This document shows positions 1 to 8,329 of a stretch of 20,977 nucleotides of DNA, one piece after another. The translations under genes were made by a program, and so were the position numbers. The DNA is from Armatimonadota bacterium (GTDB lineage: Bacteria; Armatimonadota; SYMT01), in contig JBKBRF010000074.1 in assembly GCA_046292385.1 (NCBI GenBank), positions 1 to 20,977 of the forward strand, given 5' to 3'. Under the pieces are notes generated by a model, which made no database searches, had not been told where the DNA came from, and was given only the letters and a program-made list of their open reading frames with translations. How positions within the stretch are numbered: the first letter of the stretch is position 1; each line of letters begins with the position of its first letter.

Positions 1-1
1 G

Positions 2-88
2 TTTGAAGATGGGAAACGCACCAAGTGCCTGGCGGCGATGAGCCGCGAGCGGGCAGCGGAACGCGAGTGGGAGAAGGTCGCCGCCTGA
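2..88 (+). CDS. Possible 3' end of a gene entering from the left edge (…FEDGKRTKCLAAMSRERAAEREWEKVAA*)
   Basis: Open frame from base 2 to TGA at 86-88, followed by AT-richer non-coding-looking sequence; too short to identify. Confidence 0.3.
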   Translation, partial: FEDGKRTKCLAAMSRERAAEREWEKVAA

Positions 89-297
89 TCCGCTTTTACA
101 CACCTATTGACAAGAGCTCCGGACCACCCGTTATCCATAGGTAACGAAACCGTCTGTTCCTCATCCGGAAGAAGTGAGGTGTGTCCCGTCTCTGGAGTAC
201 GCGGCTCCTTCACATCTTCGTGGGTATAACGGGTTATCCGCTTCTGGGACTCGGAGCGATCAGACTTCGCCATCAAGAACTTCTCCTGCGTTGATCC

Positions 298-3024
298 TTA
301 AGCGCTAGTAGGGACGGAAGGTGCGGATCGGCAGATGCCGGCCATGTCACACGTGCTGCACTTACCGCACCAGGAAGGTAGGGGTAATAGCTGATTCTGC
401 CGGAGCCGATCTCCAGCAGTAGTGACCGCTTTCACGGTCTGGGTGATCAGGTTCTGGTCTACAAGCTCACGAACCGAGCCCCCGTGATCAAGGTTGTGGA
501 TCTCGATCAGATCTGGGTGCCCGCCGAAGCGCTGCTCGTACCCCATCGCGTAAACGTGGAGTTGCATTCGCGTGACATCCTCAGGCTGGGCGCGCTCCAC
601 AGACTTGAAGTCAACTACGGCGACCTCGTCGGTCTCTACCTTTTTAATCAGGTCGATGCGGCCGTGGACCAGGATCCCGCCGGGTAGCGTGATCTCCACC
701 ACCTCCTCTACGTGGACCACCCGCTTGAGAGCGGGTCCGTTCTCGCGAAGGTAGAGCCCCAGTGCTTTCTCTGCCGAGCTACGGAGCTGTGCTTCCAGCT
801 CGGGATAGGCAAACCGCACGTGAAGGTGGGTGTCGAGCAGTTCCGGAATGTCTCTCTCCGAGAGCTCGTCTCCATTTAGAGCCCGACGGTGGACCTCCGC
901 TAGAGCGTTGTGGAGAGAGCGGCCGTAGCCGAGCGCCTCGTGAAGGGGGGCGTTGAAGCCGTAAAGGAAGCGGAGCTTGAACTGGTAGGGGCACTCGAAG
1001 AAATACTTGAGCTCGCTGAATGAGAGCTCCACGTTCACGAGGGGTACTCGCGGCTGCGGCTCCAGCTTGGGTCCGGGACATGACGGGGTCTCACGGGTGA
1101 GGAACTGCGGACAACGGGTCAGTTCTTCCCAGAACGCGGAAGGCCTTCGGTAAAGCTGATTGCCGGCATCGGGCGCCCACGAGCAGAAGAGATACTTTTC
1201 ACTGCGGGTCAGCGCTACGTAGAAGAGACGGCGCTCGTCCTCCACGGAGCTATCGAAGCGGTCCGCGTTTCGGATCCCGTGGCGCGGGAGGTGCTTCCAG
1301 ATCGCGTTGAACTGCTTTCGCCCGGGGAAGCGGTTTTTCTGCAGGCACGGAAGGAAGACGACCGGGTACTCCATTCCTTTCGACTGGTGGACCGTCATCA
1401 GCCGAACCGCGTCGGGCTGAGCGTAGGCGACATCCTGTCCGCCTTCCGGGTAGTAACCCGGCGCCTTGTAGCGAAGGAAGTCGACGAAGGACCGGTACTT
1501 CTCCTCGGGTCGGCTCTTGAAGTGGATCTCTTCGTAATCTGAGATCACCTGGCTGAACTTGCCCAGGTTGTAGTAGACCACTTCGCCACGGCCATCCGGG
1601 ACGCGTTCCTCTCGGAGCTGAACCGCTTCGAGAAAGTCGAGGTAGGTGCGCTGCAGGTTGTAGGTCGAGAACCGCTTTCCGGCCTCAAAGCCCCGTCTCC
1701 CTTCCAGCGTCGCGATTCCACGGTCGAGATCTGCCTCGTTGAGACCGAGTTCGGCCGCTTGCCACCGGAGCTTGACCGTCTCGGCATCAATTTCCCGCAC
1801 CATGAACTGAAAGACTGCGGCCGCCGCCTGCGCCTCGGGTGTATCGAAGAGCCCGGACATCCCGGTGACGATGTAGGGGATCCCGCGCTTCCTTAATGCC
1901 TCTACGATCGGGCCGCCGCAGTTCCGTACACTGCGGAGGAGAATGGCGCAGTCTGACCAGGACAGGCCTCTTGCCGTGCCGTTCTCCAGATACGGGGCGC
2001 CGCGAAGCGAAAGGATCCTTTCGGCGATCCACTCTGCTTCGGCTTCGGGGTCGTCGAATCGGAGCGCCAGCAGGTCCCCTCGTTCGAAGACCTGAGAGCC
2101 CCGGCTCACCATCTGCTTGGGCAGCCGGTTCGTGTTTGCCTCGACTGCCCTACGTGCGACATCCACGACGGCTGCACTACTCCGGAAGTTCGCCTCGAGA
2201 GGCCGCTGCAGCACGTTGGGATATCGCCGCGTGAAGGTGAGGATGTGCGAGACATCGCTCCCTCGCCACTGGTACACGTTCTGATCGTCATCACCCACGA
2301 CGCACAGGTTCGCGCCCAGCTCATAGAGCTGCCGCACCAACATCTCCTGAACCGGGTTGACATCCTGATACTCGTCAACGGTCAGATACTTCACCCGGTC
2401 CGAGAGAGCCGAGCGTAACTCCGCGTTGGTCTGAATCTCCACGACGGCCCGGAGCAGGATCTCGTCATAGTCGAGGTACCCGTGCTGGTCCAGGAGCGCC
2501 TGGTAGGATTCCAGCGCCGCCCGCGCTGGGTGATCCGCGAGGACCTCGGGATCCGCGTCGGCCCCTCTGAGCATCCCCAGGATTCCGGTGAAGAGGCGGG
2601 TGTCCAACCATCGTCGTAGGCCGAGGGAGTGCATTCCGCACTGGCGGTAGTACCGGTCGATGAAGAGCTGCTGCTTCACCTCATCCAGGATGTCGCACTT
2701 CAGATACCGATAGAGGTAGCGCTGCAGCAGGTCGAGACAGAAGCCGTGGATCGTGCCCACATACATCCCCGCGAGACCTTCAACGTGGCCGAACTCCGCT
2801 TCGTGGAGCCGCGAAATGCGGTCCTTGAGTTCCGCTGCCGCCTTCTCGGTGAACGTGAAGGCGACGATGTTCTCGGGAGTGATCCCATTTGCGGCCTGGC
2901 TCTTCAGAATGTGGATGATGCGGGCGGAGACGACACGGGTCTTGCCGGAGCCGGCACACGCCACGATCTGCAGATTCCGGTCAATACTCTCGATCGCTTC
3001 TCGCTGCTGCGGTGTGTGGCTCAT
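298..3024 (-). CDS. UvrD/PcrA-like SF1 DNA helicase fused to a C-terminal PD-(D/E)XK (RecB/AddB/Cas4-like) nuclease with 4 Cys
   Basis: Helicase motifs TPQQREAI, ACAGSGKT, FTFTEKAAAELKDR, GTIHGFC, VDEYQD, VGDDDQNVYQWRGS, LEANFRS, MTVHQSKGMEY, ERRLFYVALTRS. Nuclease motifs ECPYQF, GRIDLI, VVDFKS, QLHVY, CSTCDMAGIC. Confidence 0.93.
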   Translation of the reverse strand: MSHTPQQREAIESIDRNLQIVACAGSGKTRVVSARIIHILKSQAANGITPENIVAFTFTEKAAAELKDRISRLHEAEFGHVEGLAGMYVGTIHGFCLDLLQRYLYRYLKCDILDEVKQQLFIDRYYRQCGMHSLGLRRWLDTRLFTGILGMLRGADADPEVLADHPARAALESYQALLDQHGYLDYDEILLRAVVEIQTNAELRSALSDRVKYLTVDEYQDVNPVQEMLVRQLYELGANLCVVGDDDQNVYQWRGSDVSHILTFTRRYPNVLQRPLEANFRSSAAVVDVARRAVEANTNRLPKQMVSRGSQVFERGDLLALRFDDPEAEAEWIAERILSLRGAPYLENGTARGLSWSDCAILLRSVRNCGGPIVEALRKRGIPYIVTGMSGLFDTPEAQAAAAVFQFMVREIDAETVKLRWQAAELGLNEADLDRGIATLEGRRGFEAGKRFSTYNLQRTYLDFLEAVQLREERVPDGRGEVVYYNLGKFSQVISDYEEIHFKSRPEEKYRSFVDFLRYKAPGYYPEGGQDVAYAQPDAVRLMTVHQSKGMEYPVVFLPCLQKNRFPGRKQFNAIWKHLPRHGIRNADRFDSSVEDERRLFYVALTRSEKYLFCSWAPDAGNQLYRRPSAFWEELTRCPQFLTRETPSCPGPKLEPQPRVPLVNVELSFSELKYFFECPYQFKLRFLYGFNAPLHEALGYGRSLHNALAEVHRRALNGDELSERDIPELLDTHLHVRFAYPELEAQLRSSAEKALGLYLRENGPALKRVVHVEEVVEITLPGGILVHGRIDLIKKVETDEVAVVDFKSVERAQPEDVTRMQLHVYAMGYEQRFGGHPDLIEIHNLDHGGSVRELVDQNLITQTVKAVTTAGDRLRQNQLLPLPSWCGKCSTCDMAGICRSAPSVPTSA

Positions 3025-3053
3025 TGGGTGTTCCGAGCTTTACCGGGCCGTGG

Positions 3054-3224
3054 TCTCTACCGTGACCCCGGACGTTCAAAGCTGCCTGTCGGGGCGGCGG
3101 AATGCTTGGGCCACAAGCGGTTACTTGTACGTCCGCTTGCTTTCTACCTCCGTGGAGATTTCGTGGAGGTGAGTAGGGGCAACGGCGGCTAGTCTCCACA
3201 GTGCAGCGGGGGGCGCGGTAGAGG
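3054..3224 (+). ncRNA. Candidate structured RNA or ssDNA element (multibranch fold with possible loop-loop pairing)
   Basis: Nested inverted repeats 3055-3069/3209-3223, 3070-3079/3125-3134, 3081-3098, 3103-3119, 3137-3182; G-U pairs work on the + strand. Confidence 0.35.
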
Positions 3225-3276
3225 TGGAGCGATGGAGGTGCCCTGGTGCCCGGGAGCCAATCGCCCATGCGTGAGG

Positions 3277-4821
3277 TCAGGTAGCGCGCTTTGGGGCTCG
3301 TGGGGGACAGGTGGGTCGCGGGAGTGTCACGCGGCTGTCGCCGCTCCCGTTTACCGTTACCGCACAGGGTATCCCTGTGACCTCCAGGATCGCTGCAGAG
3401 ACCGGGATCGAGAAGCGGACGCCCCGAGCGTGGAACAGCTCCTCCATCGCTTTGCTGGGGAACTGGAGAGTCAGAGTGTCCTTCTCGAAAGAGTGCGGGA
3501 GTGCGTCAGCCACACAGGCAACCAGTGTTGCTGGGTTCCGGTGGAGGCGCTGCTGCCGCAACTGCTCCAGGATCGCAAGCCAGCGCAGCCGAATGGCGAC
3601 CAGGGCAACGGCATCCGGTCCTCGGAGCCGCTCCGGCATTTCCGCTCCGAGCATTGACGCGTAGAGAGCCCTCACCTCATCCGGCATGTCCGGGATCTCC
3701 AGTCGCTTCCCTTCGCGCATGCTCGCAAAGCTCTCCCGTAGCGTGGAGATCGGCGCGATCCCTTCTCCGAGGTAGGCCAGAAAGCCCCACGCCCACCGCC
3801 GCTGTTTGAAGCGGTAGCGGTCCGCCTGCTCTCTGGTAAGCGTGCCGCGACACCACCCCTCGTGGAGAGCGAGCAGCTCGTCCGTACTGGCTTTGAGGTA
3901 CTCCTCCAGGACTACGCGGTAGTCGTCCGGTCCTTCCTGGGACCAGAGTGAGAGCAGGTCCGGCAGCGACACGTGCGCCAGATGCTGCATCGGAGCGTGC
4001 GAACATTCGGTGTCGGCGTGCAGTCGGGCGGTGCCGTCGGGGAGGAACTCGGTCGGGCCGATGAGCCGGGGAACCGGAGGGCTCGGCGGTGATGGAGGTT
4101 CCGCCTCCATCCGGGCGGATGCGTGCCCCTCTGCAACCGCGATCAACTCCCGCAAGTAGCTAGCCTGTGCCTCGGAGAGCTGCGGGAACAGTCGGGCGAA
4201 CCTCTCGAGCGTTTCATCGCGCGAAGCTCTGCCGACGCCTGCAGCCGCTCCACGCAGCAGCCCCACGGCGAGCCGATCCCAGGCCTCGAAGAAGCCCGCA
4301 CCCCGGAGCGCTCGAATGAGTACGGGGTCCACTTGCCCGAGTACTTGCATCCACTGGCGGAGGAGCTCCTGACCCGCCTCATTTGCATCGGTGGAGTACC
4401 CGCAGCGCGCCGGTACGAGAGAACCGGCCACTCCTGATCGGCGATCTCGAAGGTCGGCGAGGACCAGGGCTCCGACCACGTCGATCACTGCGCCTGCCGC
4501 GAGAGTCTGGCTCCCGACACGAAACTGCGGCGGGGCGTCCCCACATCGAAGCAACGCCAGCAATGCCTCCGCGACAAGCACCTCTCGCTGGGCCGGGGTC
4601 AGTGCGCCAGGGCGGCGATTGCCACGAGGGTCGCGGAGGTGGGGATCGCGGAGGATCGGTTCGAACGGATGAACCAGCTCTTGCTGGACCATCTGCCGCA
4701 AGAAGTCGCAGAGCAGCACCGGCACTGAAACCGTGACCTGCTGCTCGACCGGCAGAGCCGAGTATGCGCCGGGGAGCGAGGATTGCAGGCCACCACGCAG
4801 GCTCCGCAGGAACTTTCGCAT
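3277..4821 (-). CDS. Hypothetical protein (~514 aa); C-terminal ~85 aa resemble the DnaX tau C-terminal / DnaA N-terminal type domain
   Basis: Long ORF; ATG 4821 preceded by AAGGAG. Pro-rich linker (PPSPPSPPVP). C-terminal pattern RWLAILEQL…LPHSFEKDTLTLQFPS…AAILEVTGIPCAVTV. Confidence 0.65.
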   Translation of the reverse strand: MRKFLRSLRGGLQSSLPGAYSALPVEQQVTVSVPVLLCDFLRQMVQQELVHPFEPILRDPHLRDPRGNRRPGALTPAQREVLVAEALLALLRCGDAPPQFRVGSQTLAAGAVIDVVGALVLADLRDRRSGVAGSLVPARCGYSTDANEAGQELLRQWMQVLGQVDPVLIRALRGAGFFEAWDRLAVGLLRGAAAGVGRASRDETLERFARLFPQLSEAQASYLRELIAVAEGHASARMEAEPPSPPSPPVPRLIGPTEFLPDGTARLHADTECSHAPMQHLAHVSLPDLLSLWSQEGPDDYRVVLEEYLKASTDELLALHEGWCRGTLTREQADRYRFKQRRWAWGFLAYLGEGIAPISTLRESFASMREGKRLEIPDMPDEVRALYASMLGAEMPERLRGPDAVALVAIRLRWLAILEQLRQQRLHRNPATLVACVADALPHSFEKDTLTLQFPSKAMEELFHARGVRFSIPVSAAILEVTGIPCAVTVNGSGDSRVTLPRPTCPPRAPKRAT

Positions 4822-4897
4822 GCCAGCTTCATCTCCTTCGGCGCTGCCTAGAGGCAGTAGCACGCGGCGAGCGACCCGGGACCCGGGCTGATGTTCA

Positions 4898-5584
4898 TCA
4901 GTCTTCGAGAAGCTCTCCGATTTCCACCCACTGTCGCCGTCCGACTTGTTCGAGATCCACCACCGAAGCGCGCCACACCGGCTCGTGCTCCCGGAGCATG
5001 CGGGCAGCATCCTGAAGAAAGCGCTGCGCGAGCTTCAGCGTCTCAGGTCTGTCTGGGCCGAGCTCCGACTTCACCCGGACGAACTCGCGGTTCACCAGGA
5101 TGCCGAGGGAACAATCGGTAAAGCGTGCCACGGCACTGAGGATGAACCCGGCCACAGCACCGGGGGTAGCTCCCTGAAAGTGGAGCATCGGCATTACCAC
5201 CGCACCACGCGGGTGAAGGTGTCCCTCGCAGCTCTGCACGGTTGTAAGACCCAGCTCGTTCAGGACCCGCACCAGGGCGGCGATCCGGGGTTCGAGAATC
5301 CCGAGTTGCCAGGCCTCTCCCTCTGGCCCCCGAACGGCATGGGCCAGGTAGGCGTCGGCGAACTCTTCGGGGGTGCAAGACGGACCCGTCGGAGAGAACC
5401 GACCGGCTTCGGGATCCCAGCCCTCCCGTCGATGCAGCGTGTCCAGGATGCGGGTCAGGAAGCTCCGGTTCTCCAGCGGCTCGGAGGAGAGGTCGATGAC
5501 CCCCTCGGCTCCGCCATTGGCGTAGAAGCCGTGATCCTGGAGCAACTCCCGCCATCCGTCCGGCGTCGTTTTGCCACTTCCCAC
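4898..5584 (-). CDS. Hypothetical protein with LEPRIAALVRVLNELGLTTVQSCEGH motif
   Basis: GTG start preceded by GGAGG; protein-like composition; the I-x2-LV-x2-LN-x2-G-x2-T-x2-SC-x-GH pattern is one I recall from phage/mobile-element hypothetical proteins. Confidence 0.75.
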   Translation of the reverse strand: MGSGKTTPDGWRELLQDHGFYANGGAEGVIDLSSEPLENRSFLTRILDTLHRREGWDPEAGRFSPTGPSCTPEEFADAYLAHAVRGPEGEAWQLGILEPRIAALVRVLNELGLTTVQSCEGHLHPRGAVVMPMLHFQGATPGAVAGFILSAVARFTDCSLGILVNREFVRVKSELGPDRPETLKLAQRFLQDAARMLREHEPVWRASVVDLEQVGRRQWVEIGELLED

Positions 5585-5654
5585 ACCCTTGCCTCCGTGC
5601 TGGTGCCCGGTGGTATCCCAGGCAACCTCACTCTTCGTTCACAGGAGATTCCCA

Positions 5655-7190
5655 ATGGACCTGCTCTCTGACTTCCTCGCGGACTTCAAGTCCGCCCGCC
5701 GGGTCGGCACCCCGCTCCTGGCGGTGGTGACCGCCGATCCTGCCGCGACCCAGCGCCTGCTCTCCCAGCAGCTCAAGGAAGGCACCCCGCTCCTCCAGTG
5801 GGACACGGTGGAAGGACTGGGGGCGCTGAATGAGCCGGGACGGGAAGCGCTGCTGCGGCTCTATCCCGATCCCGAGGCTCAGAAGGCCTCCGCCAATCCG
5901 CTCTACGCGCTGCAGGACGTGAAGAAGCTGGAGCCGCACTCCGTCCTCTTCCTGCACAACCTCCACCGGTTTCTGGAGGACCCCGCCGTCTGTCAGGGGC
6001 TCTGGAACCTGCGGGACTGGTTCAAGACGAGCCGCCGGATGGCGGTGGTGCTCTGCCCTTATCTGGAGCTCCCGCCGGAGCTGCAGCAGGACGTGGTCCT
6101 ACTGGAGGAGCCGCTCCCCGGAGACGACCAGCTCACCGGCATCCTGGAACGACAGTACACCGCGCTGCAGGCGAGCGTGGGGGAGAGCGTGCCCGATCCG
6201 GAGCCGGAGCTGCTGCGCCGGGGCGTGGAGCTACTGCGGGGGCTCTCGGCCTACGCGGCGGAGCAGACAACGGCGATGGCGATGACCCCGGAAGGGGTGA
6301 ACCTGGAGAAGCTGGGGAGCTTCAAGCGGCGGCAGATCGAGCAGACCCGGGGACTGACCCTCAACCGGTCCGGGGAGACCTTTGCTGACATCGGGGGTCT
6401 GGAGCAGATCAAGCGAGTCCTCCTGCGGCTTCAGCAGGGTCCGCGCCCGTTCCGAGCGGTGGTGCGGCTGGACGAGATTGAGAAGGCGCTCGCCGGGGCT
6501 TCCGGTCCGCAGGCCGACTCTTCTGGGGTCTCCCAGGACGCACTGCTGATGCTGCTTACTGCCATGGAAGACCACGGCTGGACCGGCATCCTTGCGGTAG
6601 GACATCCCGGCAGCGGGAAGAGCGTGATCTCGAAAGCGGCGGGCAATACCTTTCAGATCCCGACCCTCAACATGGATCTGGGGGGAGCGAAGGGCGGGAT
6701 CGTCGGAGAGAGCGAGGCGCGCATCCGCGCGATGCTGCGGGTGATCCACGGGATCGCCGGAGACGGGGCGCTCTTCCTCGCCACCTGCAACCGGCTGGAA
6801 ACCCTCCCTCCGGAGCTGCGGCGGCGGTTCCGGCTCGGAACGTACTTCTTCGACCTGCCGACCCGGGAGGAGCTGGACACCATCTGGAGCCTCTGCCTGC
6901 GCCAGTTCGAGCTCGACCCGGAGCAGCCCCGGCCCGAGGATACGGACTTCACCGGAGCGGACGTGCGGAACACCTGCGAGCTGGCCTACCTGATGGGCTG
7001 TTCCCTGGTGGAAGCGGCCGAGGCGATCACCCCGACTGCCCGCACCGACATGGAAGCGGTCACCCGGCTCCGTCAGTTGGCGCACGGAAAGTTCCGGTCG
7101 GCGTCCCGTCCTGGGTTCTACCGTTACCAGGAGAAACAGGTCGGGGGTGGAGAGCGGATGCTGGAGTTGGGCACGGGCGAGCGGGTGTAG
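5655..7190 (+). CDS. Ycf46-like AAA+ ATPase with degenerate N-terminal AAA domain and a C-terminal AAA domain with swapped Walker blocks
   Basis: ATG 5655 with AGGAGA RBS. Motifs LFLHNLHRFLED, LPPEL, TFADIGGLEQIK, VVRLDEIEK, GHPGSGKS, IVGESEARIR, LATCN, LPPELRRRF, FFDLP, FTGADV. Confidence 0.9.
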   Translation: MDLLSDFLADFKSARRVGTPLLAVVTADPAATQRLLSQQLKEGTPLLQWDTVEGLGALNEPGREALLRLYPDPEAQKASANPLYALQDVKKLEPHSVLFLHNLHRFLEDPAVCQGLWNLRDWFKTSRRMAVVLCPYLELPPELQQDVVLLEEPLPGDDQLTGILERQYTALQASVGESVPDPEPELLRRGVELLRGLSAYAAEQTTAMAMTPEGVNLEKLGSFKRRQIEQTRGLTLNRSGETFADIGGLEQIKRVLLRLQQGPRPFRAVVRLDEIEKALAGASGPQADSSGVSQDALLMLLTAMEDHGWTGILAVGHPGSGKSVISKAAGNTFQIPTLNMDLGGAKGGIVGESEARIRAMLRVIHGIAGDGALFLATCNRLETLPPELRRRFRLGTYFFDLPTREELDTIWSLCLRQFELDPEQPRPEDTDFTGADVRNTCELAYLMGCSLVEAAEAITPTARTDMEAVTRLRQLAHGKFRSASRPGFYRYQEKQVGGGERMLELGTGERV

Positions 7191-7306
7191 GCGCGGATCG
7201 CCGGCGCGGTATCGGTCCACCGGAGTCGTTCCGTGGATCGGCTATAGAGGACTTGCTGGGAGCCTGGTGAGATCGGGCTCCCGTTTTCACATCTGGGGAG
7301 TAAGCA

Positions 7307-8305
7307 ATGATCGCGACCGACGAGGACGTACTCACTGCGCTGACGGAGCCGCCGTTTCCGGTGGGGGAGGTTCCCGCCGAGCCTGGTGAGTCTGGTACGC
7401 GTGTACCAGATCATGTCATTTCTGATTCGCCGCTTTCTGGGAAGGCGGTCTGCCTGGCGGTGACGATCCGGGCGCTCGGCACCCGGCGCACCGTGGAGAG
7501 CAGCCGGATCGAGACCGACGCGGACCGCTCCCTGGTGCACGTGGGGAAGGAGATCCTGGATTGCCCGGAGGTCGACGCCCTGCGAGGGCAGGAAGGTCGC
7601 ATCCGGAAACATCTGCGGAGGAAAACGGTTCCGTCGCTCGTGTTTCGGCGAGGAGTGACCCTCTGTCCGCTGGCCTCGCTGGATGAGGTGGACGCCACCC
7701 TGTTCGCCTTCCAGCAGGAGCGACGGGAGATGGTCGAAGCGCTGGTGGCCGCGCTTCCTGCCCGGGTCGAGGAGGCGCGAGAGCGGCTGGGGAGTTGGTT
7801 TGATGCGTCGGATTACCCCTCTCCGGAGCGCATCCGGGCGGGGTACGAGCTGGAGTGGAGATACCTGGCGGCGGCAGTACCGGGCTCTCTGAAGACGTTC
7901 CGACGCGACATCTACGAGCGGGAGCAGGAGAAGATCGAGGAACTGTACCGGAAGGAATGGGAGTATGTGCGCCAGTGCCTGCGCCTGGAACTGAACGCTC
8001 TGGTGGAGCACCTGGCCGAACGGCTTACTCCCACGGCCACGGGCGAGAAGAAGGTGTTCAAATCGTCGACCGTGACCGAGCTGCTCGACTGGATCCGGAG
8101 CTTCGACCCGCGTAACCTGACCGACGACCAGGAGCTGGCCGGGACGGTGCAGCGACTGGAGCGACTGCTGCAGGGGATAGACCCGGAGACCCTGCGAAAA
8201 TCTGAGAGCGCCCGAAATCTGATCCGGGGTGGCCTGGACGTGGTGCGAACCAGCCTGACGGCGCAGATCGTCTCCGTAGAACGAGCATACGATTTCGGGG
8301 ACTGA
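7307..8305 (+). CDS. DUF3150-like helical protein of mobile elements
   Basis: ATG 7307 with GGGGAG RBS; helical charged protein with LG-x2-FD-x2-DYP and GEKKVFKSSTV patterns; sits directly after an AAA ATPase. Family assignment is from memory. Confidence 0.65.
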   Translation: MIATDEDVLTALTEPPFPVGEVPAEPGESGTRVPDHVISDSPLSGKAVCLAVTIRALGTRRTVESSRIETDADRSLVHVGKEILDCPEVDALRGQEGRIRKHLRRKTVPSLVFRRGVTLCPLASLDEVDATLFAFQQERREMVEALVAALPARVEEARERLGSWFDASDYPSPERIRAGYELEWRYLAAAVPGSLKTFRRDIYEREQEKIEELYRKEWEYVRQCLRLELNALVEHLAERLTPTATGEKKVFKSSTVTELLDWIRSFDPRNLTDDQELAGTVQRLERLLQGIDPETLRKSESARNLIRGGLDVVRTSLTAQIVSVERAYDFGD

Positions 8306-8329
8306 CGTACCCCACGGCCGTACTTCCGG

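Noticed and set aside
107..140. Sigma70 promoter at TTGACA (107-112)
   Set aside because: No TAnnnT -10 box at 16-18 nt spacing.
298..1050. Cas4 / CRISPR-Cas system
   Set aside because: The Cas4-like domain is fused to UvrD; no cas1/cas2 and no repeat-spacer array anywhere in the window.
3054..3224. Integron attC site or retron msr-msd
   Set aside because: No RYYYAAC…GTTRRRY ends, the integrase is not IntI-like, and no reverse transcriptase is present.
6231..8011. 329-aa and 295-aa - strand ORFs
   Set aside because: Antisense to the AAA ATPase and DUF3150-like genes, with no motifs of their own.
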